64,000 nt of DNA from Macrostomum lignano (Eukaryota), in contig NIVC01003354.1 in the NCBI GenBank assembly GCA_002269645.1, positions 1-64,000 of the forward strand. Reading direction: 5' to 3'. Positions 11,701 to 25,621 of this stretch are shown here, in pieces. Below the pieces are notes generated by a model, which saw only the letters and a list, made by a program, of their open reading frames with translations, was not told the DNA's origin and ran no database searches. The translations under genes and the position numbers were made by a program. Position 1 is the first letter of the stretch, and every line of letters begins with the position of its first letter.

Positions 11701-12126
11701 ATGCTCAGGGCCAGCATCCAGTTGGTGATTCGCCACGCAGCCCAGCGCTGCGCCCCTCCCGCAGCCGCGGCCGCTTTTTCAACGGACGCCACTGTCCCAG
11801 GCGTTGGCGACCAGCCGCAGTCAAACAAGCAACCGCCTGCGCCGCCGCCGCCGCCGCCGCCGCCAGTCGGTCTCTGCTGCGAGTCCGGCTGCGTCGACTG
11901 CGTCTGGGTTCAGTACGCAGCCGCCTTGCTTGGGCACCAGGCCGCCGCTGTTACCGCTGGAACCTCGGCTAGCAGTGTCAGTAGCAGCAGCAGACTGCCG
12001 CCAGATCTGGCCGCCCAGTTGAAAGCTGGCGTGATGGCTCGCGTAGCCAAGGAGGTGACGGATCCGGCAATTCGGAGTTTCATCGAGATGGAGATTTCTA
12101 CTATTTTGAAGCGTCGGCTGGACTGA
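11701..12126 (+). CDS. OXLD1: Oxidoreductase-like domain-containing protein 1 homologue (141 aa, intronless, mitochondrial-type N-terminus)
   Basis: True ATG at 11701 (MLRASIQLVIRHAAQR). Family motif PPPP-GLCCESGCVDCVWVQY and C-terminal VTDPAIRSFIEMEI. Confidence 0.85.
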   Translation: MLRASIQLVIRHAAQRCAPPAAAAAFSTDATVPGVGDQPQSNKQPPAPPPPPPPPVGLCCESGCVDCVWVQYAAALLGHQAAAVTAGTSASSVSSSSRLPPDLAAQLKAGVMARVAKEVTDPAIRSFIEMEISTILKRRLD

Positions 12127-12674
12127 AGATTGATCAGCTTAGTCAGTCAGTATGCTGGTGCGCAACTCGGTAAACAGTGTCTTCAAAGTCCGCACATGCT
12201 AAAACATCTTTCAGAATATTCAAAATCACTCAGAAAAAAACACTTCTTCAGAAGTCCTATAAAATTTTGTTTCTCCTAGAATGCTATGTCGATAATATTG
12301 ACCGCAAAGTGTGGTTACAAGTGTACCACCCGTAGGTCTTTATTGGTGCATTAACCCACACGTAACACATCTTGCTGGATGATGGAGCTTGTACTTGTTT
12401 TAAAGCCCATATCATTCGATCTGCCACCTATGTTTCGTATCTCACCCAGACCTAGGTTTTAATCAGTGTTTTTTCTCTAATTTTTTCTTGACTGTATGTA
12501 CTCTTTCGTGAATGTATTCAATGCCTCGTATGTGTTTATACCAGATTTTCGAGTGAAAATAGATGTTATTATCAGAGACCAATTTGCTCAGAGTTTTAGT
12601 TGGACAAAAAGTTGTTAACAACAATAATTGCTGCTAAAAATTCTTGGCTTTTGGAACGATTTTTTGGAATTGGA

Positions 12675-15600
12675 ACACTGAGGAACTGAAGGACACAGAA
12701 GCACACTGAGAGGAACTGAAATACACAAAAGCACACCGAGGAACTGAAGGACAGAAGCACACTGAGGAACTGAAGGACAGAAGCACACTGAGAGGAACTG
12801 AAGGACACAGAAGCACACTGAGAGGAACTGAAGGACACAGAAGCACACTGAGAGGAACTGAAGGACACAGAAGCACACTGAGAGGAACTGAAGGACACAG
12901 AAGCACACTGAGAGGAACTGAAGGACACAGAAGCACACTGAGAGGAACTGAAGGACACAGAAGCACACTGAGAGGAACTGAAGGACACAGAAGCACACTG
13001 AGAGGAACTGAAGGACACAGAAGCACACTGAGAGGAACTGAAGGACACAGAAGCACACTGAGAGGAACTGAAGGACACAGAAGCACACTGAGAGGAACTG
13101 AAGGACACAGAAGCACACTGAGAGGAACTGAAGGACACAGAAGCACACTAAGGAACTGAAGGACACAGAAGCACACTGAGGAACTGAAGGACACAGAAGC
13201 ACACTGAGAGGAACTGAAGGACACAGAAGCACACTGAGAGGAACTGAAGGACACAGAAGCACACTAAGGAACTGAAGGACACAGAAGCACACTGAGAGGA
13301 ACTGAAGGACACAGAAGCACACTGAGAGGAACTGAAGGACACAGAAGCACACTGAGAGGAACTGAAGGACACAGAAGCACACTGAGAGGAACTGAAGGAC
13401 ACAGAAGCACACTGAGAGGAACTGAAGGACACAGAAGCACACTGAGAGGAACTGAAGGACACAGAAGCACACTGAGAGGAACTGAAGGACACAGAAGCAC
13501 ACTGAGAGGAACTGAAGGACACAGAAGCACACTGAGAGGAACTGAAGGACACAGAAGCACACTGAGAGGAACTGAAGGACACAGAAGCACACTGAGAGGA
13601 ACTGAAGGACACAGAAGCACACTGAGAGGAACTGAAGGACACAGAAGCACACTGAGAGGAACTGAAGGACACAGAAGCACACTGAGAGGAACTGAAGGAC
13701 ACAGAAGCACACTGAGAGGAACTGAAGGACACAGAAGCACACTAAGGAACTGAAGGACACAGAAGCACACTGAGGAACTGAAGGACACAGAAGCACACTG
13801 AGAGGAACTGAAGGACACAGAAGCACACTGAGGAACTGAAGGACACAGAAGCACACTGAGAGGAACTGAAGGACACAGAAGCACACTGAGAGGAACTGAA
13901 GGACACAGAAGCACACTAAGGAACTGAAGGACACAGAAGCACACTGAGAGGAACTGAAGGACACAGAAGCACACTGAGAGGAACTGAAGGACACAGAAGC
14001 ACACTGAGAGGAACTGAAGGACACAGAAGCACACTGAGAGGAACTGAAGGACACAGAAGCACACTGAGAGGAACTGAAATACACAAAAGCACACCGAGGA
14101 ACTGAAGGACAGAAGCACACTGAGGAACTGAAGGACAGAAGCACACTGAGAGGAACTGAAGGACACAGAAGCACACTGAGAGGAACTGAAGGACACAGAA
14201 GCACACTGAGAGGAACTGAAGGACACAGAAGCACACTGAGAGGAACTGAAGGACACAGAAGCACACTGAGAGGAACTGAAGGACACAGAAGCACACTGAG
14301 AGGAACTGAAGGACACAGAAGCACACTGAGAGGAACTGAAGGACACAGAAGCACACTGAGAGGAACTGAAGGACACAGAAGCACACTGAGAGGAACTGAA
14401 GGACACAGAAGCACACTGAGAGGAACTGAAGGACACAGAAGCACACTGAGAGGAACTGAAGGACACAGAAGCACACTGAGAGGAACTGAAGGACACAGAA
14501 GCACACTGAGAGGAACTGAAGGACACAGAAGCACACTGAGAGGAACTGAAGGACACAGAAGCACACTGAGAGGAACTGAAGGACACAGAAGCACACTGAG
14601 AGGAACTGAAGGACACAGAAGCACACTGAGAGGAACTGAAGGACACAGAAGCACACTGAGAGGAACTGAAGGACACAGAAGCACACTAAGGAACTGAAGG
14701 ACACAGAAGCACACTGAGGAACTGAAGGACACAGAAGCACACTGAGAGGAACTGAAGGACACAGAAGCACACTGAGGAACTGAAGGACACAGAAGCACAC
14801 TGAGAGGAACTGAAGGACACAGAAGCACACTGAGAGGAACTGAAGGACACAGAAGCACACTAAGGAACTGAAGGACACAGAAGCACACTGAGAGGAACTG
14901 AAGGACACAGAAGCACACTGAGAGGAACTGAAGGACACAGAAGCACACTGAGAGGAACTGAAGGACACAGAAGCACACTGAGAGGAACTGAAGGACACAG
15001 AAGCACACTGAGAGGAACTGAAGGACACAGAAGCACACTGAGAGGAACTGAAGGACACAGAAGCACACTGAGAGGAACTGAAGGACACAGAAGCACACTG
15101 AGAGGAACTGAAGGACACAGAAGCACACTGAGAGGAACTGAAGGACACAGAAGCACACTGAGGAACTGAAGGACAGAAACACACTGAGAGGAACTGAAGG
15201 ACACAGAAGCACACTGAGAGGAACTGAAGGACACAGAAGCACACTGAGGAACTGAAGGACACAGAAGCACACTGAGAGGAACTGAAGGACACAGAAGCAC
15301 ACTGAGAGGAACTGAAGGACACAGAAGCACACTGAGAGGAACTGAAGGACACAGAAGCACACTGAGAGGAACTGAAGGACACAGAAGCACACTGAGAGGA
15401 ACTGAAGGACACAGAAGCACACTGAGAGGAACTGAAGGACACAGAAGCACACTGAGAGGAACTGAAGGACACAGAAGCACACTAAGGAACTGAAGGACAC
15501 AGAAGCACACTGAGGAACTGAAGGACACAGAAGCACACTGAGAGAAACTGAAGGTCACAGAAGCACACTAAGGAACTGAAGGACACAGAAGCACACTGGG

Positions 15601-16414
15601 AGGAACTGAAGGACACAGAAGCACACTGAGAGGAACTGAAGGACACAGAAGCACACTGAGAGGAACTGAAGGACACAGAAGCACACTGAGAGGAACTGAA
15701 GGACACAGAAGCACACTGAGAGGAACTGAAGGACACAGAAGCACACTGAGAGGAACTGAAGGACACAGAAGCACACTGAGAGGAACTGAAGGACACAGAA
15801 GCACACTGAGAGGAACTGAAGGACACAGAAGCACACTGAGAGGAACTGAAGGACACAGAAGCACACTGAGAGGAACTGAAGGACACAGAAGCACACTAAG
15901 GAACTGAAGGACACAGAAGCACACTGAGAGGAACTGAAGGACACAGAAGCACACTGAGAGGAACTGAAGGACACAGAAGCACACTGAGAGGAACTGAAGG
16001 ACACAGAAGCACACTAAGGAACTGAAGGACACAGAAGCACACTGAGGAACTGAAGGACACAGAAGCACACTAAGGAACTGAAGGACACAGAAGCACACTG
16101 AGAGGAACTGAAGGACACAGAAGCACACTAAGGAACTGAAGGACACAGAAGCACACTGAGGAACTGAAGGACACAGAAGCACACTGAGAGGAACTGAAGG
16201 ACACAGAAGCACACTGAGAGGAACTGAAGGACACAGAAGCACACTGAGAGGAACTGAAGGACACAGAAGCACACTGAGAGGAACTGAAGGACACAGAAGC
16301 ACACTGAGAGGAACTGAAGGACACAGAAGCACACTGAGAGGAACTGAAGGACACAGAAGCACACTGAGAGGAACTGAAGGACACAGAAGCACACTGAGAG
16401 GAACTGAAGGACAC
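12675..16414. repeat. Large minisatellite, 30-bp unit aagcacactgagaggaactgaaggacacag with 28-bp variants (about 125 copies)
   Basis: Near-perfect tandem array. It explains all the minus-strand SSQCASVSF / VCFCVLQFL ORFs. Confidence 0.97.
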
Positions 16415-17147
16415 TCACTATATTCTAGCACGCCAGGACAACACGTTTGAAAGCCAAGCACCCCTAAAACAAAAGTTGAATGCCAAGCAAAAAAGTTGCA
16501 ATTCTCGTGATTTGTGGAGATTTTTATGTATTTTGCTGTAGCTCGTACATGACTTGGCAATTTCAACAGAAACAAAACTAGTTAATTAGCTTAGCTCGTA
16601 ACACAACACGTATGAGAAATTATAGCCATTATTGTGGCAGTATAAATTGCAGGTCTGCGGTGTAATCAAACCATGAATTCACGCGTACGGAAGGGGTCTT
16701 AACCAGGTAGGATAATTTATACTTGAGATTGAGGGTATCAATCTACCTCAGGTGACAACAGCTAGAGTTTGTGCTTTAGCTATATTCTAGACTAAGCATT
16801 AAATTGTTTGTTTGCTGAATATTTTCAGACCAGCTCGTATCAATGTGGAAGTGTCTAAATGTAGCTCGTATAATGTACAGTAGTGTCAGAACGGAGGCTT
16901 ACTCGTAAATTCTGGCAACAATCTGGTAAAACATGAAGCTCCGGAATGAGAAAATGACATCAGCCAATATTAGTCTGTATCTCATCCCATCCCTTAAGTA
17001 AATTTCTTCCCATGGGTGACACCTTGTTTGCCGCTCTGGTACACTGAAAAACCATACAATGCTTTATTGAAACCAAAGATTTCGTTAAGCAAATTAGGGT
17101 CATTTTCGATGTCTGATATTCGAGAACAATTTGCAGGAGGCTAGGCG

Positions 17148-19512
17148 TTACTGCAGACGACCGTCGGATTGAGCCCCGACCTGCGCCGTTAGGTCCAGAT
17201 TCCGCCTGTTGTGAACCTCCCGGAACAGGACTAGAAGCGGCACGGCGGTGGCGCAGGCCCCAGTCATGACGTAGTTCATCCAGAGCGTTCCAATTTGGGG
17301 AAAGAAAAACAGGGCGAGAAACACGCTGGCAAAGAAGCAGTTGACGCTGGTGATGAGCATCGCGGGCACCTCCTCGGCTATGGGGAATGCGGACTCGCAG
17401 GCCATCTCGTAGAAAAGCGGCAGAGAAGAATAGAGTGCGGTGTTGGCCAGCACGTTTGCCACGTAGATCGAAGCGGTGTCTCCGGGCAGTACCTTGTCGA
17501 ATATGAGCGTGAACCACACGTAGCACAGGGTCGCAACGCCCAAGAACACGATGTTGAACCATTTCATAGATGCGTTTGGAAACCAGTCGATGAGTCTGGC
17601 GGCCAACAGGCTCACGACGGTGCCAGTCAGGACGGCGACGAAGCCCATCCAACCGGCCTGAGTCTGGCCAATGCCGTATTGGCTGACGTTGACGTCGAAG
17701 GCGGCACTGAAGCCGGCGGAGACGCCCAGCGGCAGGCCGTAGGCCATCACCACCAGCCAGGTGTTAATTGACAGCGATTTCAGACCGGCGGCAAGGTTAA
17801 CGCGTTCGACTTCGCACGACACGGCAGGCGGCGTTGGTGGTCGGTTAGGAAAGTAGGCGAGAATGACAGCGAATATTGCAAGAGCGATGCCCAGCTGCGA
17901 GTAGTTCAGCACGTAAACTTCGCTCTTAATGTTTCTGGATATTGTGCACAAGTAAAAGAGTGAGTCACAATTGCTGCTCTGTAAATTTGAAGGTGTTCAT
18001 AATTGTACATTCGCTCACTCTATGATAATTTCCGTTGAATTTGCTTCTCGCAGAGTGCTGTTGCTCACTTCTGGCACAAAGAGCGGTCCTGGAAGAATGT
18101 TGGTTATAGATACGATGGACACTGAAGGACAGAAGTGACGATCTCAAACTTGAGTCGAAAACTTAAAGCTGGAGTGAAAACCTCGGAGCCTCACTTACTA
18201 CAACTGGAGTGACAACCTCGGAGCCTCACTTCCTAAAACTGGAGTGACAAATTACCTCTGAAGAGCCTCACTTCCTACAACTGGAGTGACAAATTACCTC
18301 TGAAGAGCCTCACTTCCTACAACTGGAGTGACAAATTACCTCTGAAGAGCCTCACTTCCTACAACTGGAGTGACAAATTACCTCTGAAGAGCCTCACTTC
18401 CTACAACTGGAGTGACAAATTACCTCTGAAGAGCCTCACTTCCTACAACTGGAGTGACAAATTACCTCTGAAGAGCCTCACTTCCTACAACTGGAGTGAC
18501 AATCTCAAAGCCTCACTTCCTACAACTGGAGTGACAAATTACCTCTGAAGAGCCTCACTTCCTACAACTGGAGTGACAAATTACCTCTGAAGAGCCTCAC
18601 TTCCTACAGCTGGAGTGACAAATTACCTCTGAAGAGCCTCACTTCCTACAACTGGAGTGACAATCTCAAAGCCTCACTTCCTACAACTGGAGTGACAACC
18701 TCAAAGCCTCACTTCCTACAACTGGAGTGACAACCTCAAAGCCTCACTTCCTACAACTGGAGTGACAACCTCAAAGCCTCACTTCCTACAACTGGAGTGA
18801 CAACCTCAAAGCCTCACTTCCTACAACTGGAGTGACGAAGTCTCAATTCATAAAGCACAAAAACTAAAAAAGCAAGAACAAACCAATGATAAAAGAAGCG
18901 GCAATAGCCAGGCCCTGGCAAGATCCGCCAATAGCGGTGGCTGTCACTCTCTCATTTCTAGGAAACCAGATGGCGGCCAGCATTGGCGGAGTGGTGAACA
19001 GGGCTGGCGCGGCCAGGCCGTTGAGAAAGCCGCACACGTGGCACAGAATGCGAAACAGATCGCCAGAGACGAAAGGAGCGGGCAGTTTAGCCAGACAGCC
19101 GGCCAGCACGAGCCCGGCGCTGAGCAGCACTGGCAGCCGGAGGCCCTTGGAGTTCATGAGCCAAGTCCAGGGCAGGAAGGAGAGGACGTAGCAGAATGGG
19201 CCCCAGAACGGCAACAGGCCGAACGTGACGGAGTCCCAATTGTAGGCAAGCTCCATGTTGTCGTGCAGCGGGCCCCAGGTGTTCCACAGTGAGCCTTGAA
19301 ATGTGATCAACAGGCCGTAGATGGTCAGAATGAACCAGCGAGACTTGTACACGATGTAGGCCTGCTGTTCCAGCTTTACTATCGGCTCATCGTCGGGGTC
19401 CTGCGCTCGTGATTGAATGAAAAAAACAGTTGAATTTCGCGAAGGCTGATAGGACGAGATCTCAGCGCAACTCGGGATAGAATTTGGCCATAATCACCAT
19501 CGGAACATCCAT
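17148..19512 (-). CDS. SLC49A4: SLC49A4/DIRC2-like (FLVCR family) MFS transporter, about 462 aa
   Basis: Model: 19512-19498 (MDVPM, ATG|gtgatt), 19400-18884, 18088-18019, 17934-17148. All introns are GT-AG and phases join as FIIG-PLFVPEV...EIIIE-NIKSEV. Motifs VYKSRWF..FQGSLWNTWGP, GLRLPVLL, WFPRNERVTATAI, YFPNRPPTPP and LFYEMACESAFPIAE match the family. The first micro-exon is less certain. Confidence 0.88.
18180..18836. repeat. Intronic minisatellite, 42-bp and 35-bp units with an internal hairpin (tcacttcc...ggagtga)
   Basis: ctcacttcctacaactggagtgac core repeated about 17 times inside the 795-bp intron of the transporter gene. Confidence 0.92.
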
Positions 19513-19576
19513 GAATTACGGAATACTACCACTACTACATGTACATCGGGACTCATGATGAGGACTCAAAATGATC

Positions 19577-22500
19577 GGCACTCATTTTGGCACCGCAGGC
19601 AGGCACTCATTTTGGCACCGCAGGCAGGCACTCATTTTGGCACAGCAGGCAGGCACTCATTTTGGCACCGCAGGCAGGCACTCATTTTGGCACCGCAGGC
19701 AGGCACTCATTTTGGCACAGCAGGCAGGCACTCATTTTGGCGATGCAAGCAGGCACTCATTTTGGCGATGCAGGCAGGCACTCATTTTGGCGATGCAAGC
19801 AGGCACTCATTTTGGCGATGCAGGCAGGCACTCATTTTGGCGATGCAGGCAGGCACTCATTTTGGCACAGCAAGCAGGCACTCATTTTGGCACAGCAAGC
19901 AGGCACTCATTTTGGCACAGCAAGCAGGCACTCATTGTGGCGATGCAAGCAGGCACTCATTTTGGCACAGCAAGCAGGCACTCATTGTGGCGATGCAGGC
20001 AGGCACTCATTTTGGCGATGCAAGCAAGCACTCATTTTGGCGATGCAGGCAGGCACTCATTTTGGCGATGCAAGCAAGCACTCATTTTGGCACAGCAAGC
20101 AGGCACTCATTTTGGCACAGCAAGCAGGCACTCATTGTGGCGATGCAGGCAGGCACTCATTTTGGCGATGCAAGCAAGCACTCATTTTGGCACAGCAAGC
20201 AGGCACTCATTGTGGCGATGCAGGCAGGCACTCATTTTGGCGATGCAAGCAAGCACTCATTTTGGCACAGCAAGCAGGCACTCATTTTGGCGATGCAAGC
20301 AGGCACTCATTTTGGCGATGCAAGCAGGCACTCATTTTGGCGATGCAAGCAGGCACTCATTTTGGCGATGCAAGCAGGCACTCATTTTGGCACAGCAAGC
20401 AGGCACTCATTTTGGCGATGCAAGCAGGCACTCATTTTGGCGATGCAAGCAGGCACTCATTTTGGCGATGCAAGCAGGCACTCATTTTGGCGATGCAAGC
20501 AGGCACTCATTTTGGCACAGCAAGCAGGCACTCATTGTGGCGATGCAGGCAGGCACTCATTTTGGCGATGCAAGCAAGCACTCATTTTGGCACAGCAAGC
20601 AGGCACTCATTGTGGCGATGCAGGCAGGCACTCATTTTGGCGATGCAAGCAAGCACTCATTTTGGCACAGCAAGCAGGCACTCATTTTGGCGATGCAAGC
20701 AGGCACTCATTTTGGCGATGCAAGCAGGCACTCATTTTGGCGATGCAAGCAGGCACTCATTTTGGCGATGCAAGCAGGCACTCATTTTGGCACAGCAAGC
20801 AGGCACTCATTTTGGCGATGCAAGCAGGCACTCATTTTGGCGATGCAAGCAGGCACTCATTTTGGCGATGCAAGCAGGCACTCATTTTGGCACAGCAAGC
20901 AGGCACTCATTGTGGCGATGCAGGCAGGCACTCATTTTGGCGATGCAAGCAAGCACTCATTTTGGCACAGCAAGCAGGCACTCATTGTGGCGATGCAGGC
21001 AGGCACTCATTTTGGCGATGCAAGCAAGCACTCATTTTGGCACAGCAAGCAGGCACTCATTTTGGCGATGCAAGCAGGCACTCATTTTGGCGATGCAAGC
21101 AGGCACTCATTTTGGCGATGCAAGCAGGCACTCATTTTGGCGATGCAAGCAGGCACTCATTTTGGCACAGCAAGCAGGCACTCATTTTGGCGATGCAAGC
21201 AGGCACTCATTTTGGCGATGCAAGCAGGCACTCATTTTGGCGATGCAAGCAGGCACTCATTTTGGCACAGCAAGCAGGCACTCATTGTGGCGATGCAGGC
21301 AGGCACTCATTTTGGCGATGCAAGCAGGCACTCATTTTGGCGATGCAAGCAGGCACTCATTTTGGCGATGCAAGCAGGCACTCATTTTGGCGATGCAAGC
21401 AGGCACTCATTTTGGCACAGCAAGCAGGCACTCATTTTGGCGATGCAAGCAAGCACTCATTTTGGCACAGCAAGCAGGCACTCATTTTGGCGATGCAAGC
21501 AGGCACTCATTTTGGCGATGCAAGCAGGCACTCATTTTGGCGATGCAAGCAGGCACTCATTTTGGCGATGCAAGCAGGCACTCATTTTGGCGATGCAAGC
21601 AGGCACTCATTTTGGCACAGCAAGCAGGCACTCATTTTGGCGATGCAAGCAGGCACTCATTTTGGCGATGCAAGCAGGCACTCATTTTGGCGATGCAAGC
21701 AGGCACTCATTTTGGCACAGCAAGCAGGCACTCATTGTGGCGATGCAGGCAGGCACTCATTTTGGCGATGCAAGCAAGCACTCATTTTGGCGATGCAAGC
21801 AGGCACTCATTTTGGCACAGCAGGCAGGCACTCATTTTGGCGATGCAAGCAGGCACTCATTTTGGCGATGCAAGCAGGCACTCATTTTGGCGATGCAGGC
21901 AGGCACTCATTTTGGCGATGCAGGCAGGCACTCATTTTGGCACAGCAAGCAGGCACTCATTGTGGCGATGCAGGCAGGCACTCATTTTGGCGATGCAGGC
22001 AGGCACTCATTTTGGCGATGCAAGCAGGCACTCATTTTGGCACAGCAAGCAGGCACTCATTTTGGCACAGCAAGCAGGCACTCATTGTGGCGATGCAGGC
22101 AGGCACTCATTTTGGCGATGCAGGCAGGCACTCATTGTGGCGATGCAGGCAGGCACTCATTTTGGCGATGCAGGCAGGCACTCATTTTGGCGATGCAGGC
22201 AGGCACTCATTTTGGCGATGCAAGCAGGCACTCATTTTGGCACAGCAAGCAGGCACTCATTTTGGCACAGCAAGCAGGCACTCATTGTGGCGATGCAGGC
22301 AGGCACTCATTTTGGCGATGCAAGCAAGCACTCATTTTGGCACAGCAAGCAGGCACTCATTTTGGCGATGCAGGCAGGCACTCATTGTGGCGATGCAGGC
22401 AGGCACTCATTTTGGCGATGCAAGCAGGCACTCATTTTGGCGATGCAGGCAGGCACTCATTTTGGCGATGCAAGCAGGCACTCATTTTGGCGATGCAGGC

Positions 22501-24830
22501 AGGCACTCATTTTGGCGATGCAAGCAGGCACTCATTTTGGCGATGCAAGCAAGCACTCATTTTGGCACAGCAAGCAGGCACTCATTTTGGCGATGCAAGC
22601 AGGCACTCATTTTGGCGATGCAGGCAGGCACTCATTTTGGCACAGCAAGCAGGCACTCATTTTGGCACAGCAAGCAGGCACTCATTTTGGCGATGCAAGC
22701 AAGCACTCATTTTGGCACAGCAAGCAAGCACTCATTTTGGCACAGCAAGCAGGCACTCATTTTGGCACAGCAAGCAGGCACTCATTTTGGCGATGCAGGC
22801 AGGCACTCATTTTGGCGATGCAAGCAGGCACTCATTTTGGCGATGCAGGCAAGCACTCATTTTGGCGATGCAAGCAGGCACTCATTTTGGCGATGCAAGC
22901 AAGCACTCATTTTGGCACAGCAAGCAGGCACTCATTTTGGCGATGCAAGCAGGCACTCATTTTGGCGATGCAGGCAGGCACTCATTTTGGCGATGCAAGC
23001 AGGCACTCATTTTGGCGATGCAAGCAGGCACTCATTTTGGCACAGCAAGCAGGCACTCATTTTGGCGATGCAAGCAGGCACTCATTTTGGCGATGCAAGC
23101 AGGCACTCATTTTGGCGATGCAAGCAAGCACTCATTTTGGCGATGCAAGCAAGCACTCATTTTGGCACAGCAGGCAGGCACTCATTTTGGCGATGCAAGC
23201 AGGCACTCATTTTGGCGATGCAAGCAAGCACTCATTTTGGCGATGCAAGCAGGCACTCATTTTGGCGATGCAGGCAGGCACTCATTTTGGCGATGCAAGC
23301 AGGCACTCATTTTGGCGATGCAAGCAGGCACTCATTTTGGCGATGCAAGCAGGCACTCATTTTGGCGATGCAGGCAGGCACTCATTTTGGCACCGCAGGC
23401 AGGCACTCATTTTGGCGATGCAAGCAGGCACTCATTTTGGCGATGCAGGCAGGCACTCATTGTGGCGATGCAGGCAGGCACTCATTTTGGCGATGCAGGC
23501 AGGCACTCATTTTGGCGATGCAGGCAGGCACTCATTTTGGCGATGCAAGCAGGCACTCATTTTGGCACAGCAAGCAGGCACTCATTTTGGCACAGCAAGC
23601 AGGCACTCATTGTGGCGATGCAGGCAGGCACTCATTTTGGCGATGCAAGCAAGCACTCATTTTGGCACAGCAAGCAGGCACTCATTTTGGCGATGCAGGC
23701 AGGCACTCATTGTGGCGATGCAGGCAGGCACTCATTTTGGCGATGCAAGCAGGCACTCATTTTGGCGATGCAGGCAGGCACTCATTTTGGCGATGCAAGC
23801 AGGCACTCATTTTGGCGATGCAGGCAGGCACTCATTTTGGCGATGCAAGCAGGCACTCATTTTGGCGATGCAAGCAAGCACTCATTTTGGCACAGCAAGC
23901 AGGCACTCATTTTGGCGATGCAAGCAGGCACTCATTTTGGCGATGCAGGCAGGCACTCATTTTGGCACAGCAAGCAGGCACTCATTTTGGCACAGCAAGC
24001 AGGCACTCATTGTGGCGATGCAAGCAAGCACTCATTTTGGCACAGCAAGCAAGCACTCATTTTGGCACAGCAAGCAGGCACTCATTTTGGCACAGCAAGC
24101 AGGCACTCATTTTGGCGATGCAGGCAGGCACTCATTTTGGCGATGCAAGCAGGCACTCATTTTGGCGATGCAGGCAAGCACTCATTTTGGCGATGCAAGC
24201 AGGCACTCATTTTGGCGATGCAAGCAAGCACTCATTTTGGCACAGCAAGCAGGCACTCATTTTGGCGATGCAAGCAGGCACTCATTTTGGCGATGCAGGC
24301 AGGCACTCATTTTGGCGATGCAAGCAGGCACTCATTTTGGCGATGCAAGCAGGCACTCATTTTGGCACAGCAAGCAGGCACTCATTTTGGCGATGCAAGC
24401 AGGCACTCATTTTGGCGATGCAAGCAGGCACTCATTTTGGCGATGCAAGCAAGCACTCATTTTGGCGATGCAAGCAAGCACTCATTTTGGCACAGCAGGC
24501 AGGCACTCATTTTGGCGATGCAAGCAGGCACTCATTTTGGCGATGCAAGCAAGCACTCATTTTGGCACAGCAAGCAGGCACTCATTTTGGCACAGCAGGC
24601 AGGCACTCATTTTGGCGATGCAAGCAAGCACTCATTTTGGCACAGCAAGCAGGCACTCATTTTGGCGATGCAAGCAGGCACTCATTTTGGCGATGCAGGC
24701 AGGCACTCATTTTGGCACCGCAGGCAGGCACTCATTTTGGCGATGCAAGCAGGCACTCATTTTGGCGATGCAGGCAGGCACTCATTTTGGCACCGCAGGC
24801 AGGCACTCATTTTGGCACCGCAGGCATGCA
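19577..24830. repeat. Large minisatellite, 25-bp unit aggcactcattttggcgatgcaagc with interspersed variants (about 210 copies)
   Basis: Tandem array with variable sites ttt/tgt, gatg/acag/accg, caagc/caggc and aggc/aagc. It explains the three 1770-1844 aa ORFs. Confidence 0.97.
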
Positions 24831-24985
24831 GTCATTTTGGCGCCGAAGGCGTTATATTTTCGAAAAAATATTTATTTCCATAACGGGTCACGGTGGAGCG
24901 GAGGGAAAAAAGCATTGGCATGTTCCCCAATAGCTTTTACTGGGGGCATGTCCCCCTGCCCCCCCCCCGGTGGCGACGCTCGACC
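24830..24985 (-). mobile_element. One end of a non-autonomous DNA transposon adjoining the 25-bp array
   Basis: The reverse complement reads gcgtcgccaccgggggggg..cagggggacatgccccc, a common MITE-terminus style. Its internal ttttggcgccgaaggcg motif resembles the array unit. The other end was not found. Confidence 0.45.
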
Positions 24986-25621
24986 CTCGAATATCACGAC
25001 GGTTTTAAGAAATACCGGTATGACTTATGCACGTACTGTATTCATAACAATAAGATATAACACTGCCTCACCATTCAGATGTTCCGAGATTATAATCAGG
25101 GACTTTGACTTTATAATTTGAGTTAGTTGATTGAAAACTATCAATTAATTGAAAAATATCAGCACGCTGTAAGAACGAGCCTATATATGTAATACACTGA
25201 AGTTCTAGCTGCACACAGCTAATACACGCAACGGACAACCGATTGGATAAGACTGGCTTTGCCCAATGAGAAGGGGGTAAAAGACACAGGTTCGAACGAA
25301 TTTCTAAAAAATGGCTCTCTACGAACTATCTACAGGCTATCGCCTTTCATGCACAACCAGTTGAGAACTTATTCTTATCGGTGGAAAGCATAGGGCTAAA
25401 TCTGATAAAGAACTGGTCGAATTAAAAAAGTGCGTACTTACATAGCTGCTTTTTAAAATTTTCAAGTTTGTCAACTTGCATAAAAGTTTTGATCGACAAA
25501 TATTCGCTATCATATAGACATAAACAGTCCTAGTTGATAGAGTTTCTCTAGTTTCCCAGCCTTCCAAATCCAAAGCAGAGTTCCAACCGCAGAAGTTCGG
25601 GGTTCGAGGCCAAGGATGAGG

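Noticed and set aside
12596-16575. Multiple long minus-strand ORFs (up to 973 aa)
   Set aside because: They are translations of the 30/28-bp satellite, and frames switch at each 2-bp deletion variant.
16960-19292. Alternative-frame and antisense ORFs over the transporter gene; similar ones over OXLD1, MPV17L2 and the NCS exons
   Set aside because: They are shadows of GC-rich real coding sequence.
12675-24830. CRISPR-like interpretation of the regular arrays
   Set aside because: Units are contiguous with no unique spacers, there are no cas genes, and the context is eukaryotic.
19555-25121. Three ORFs of 1770-1844 aa on the plus strand
   Set aside because: The 25-bp unit has no stop in any plus frame, so all three frames are open and give the same 25-aa cycle. 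There is no unique domain and the unit is not a multiple of 3.
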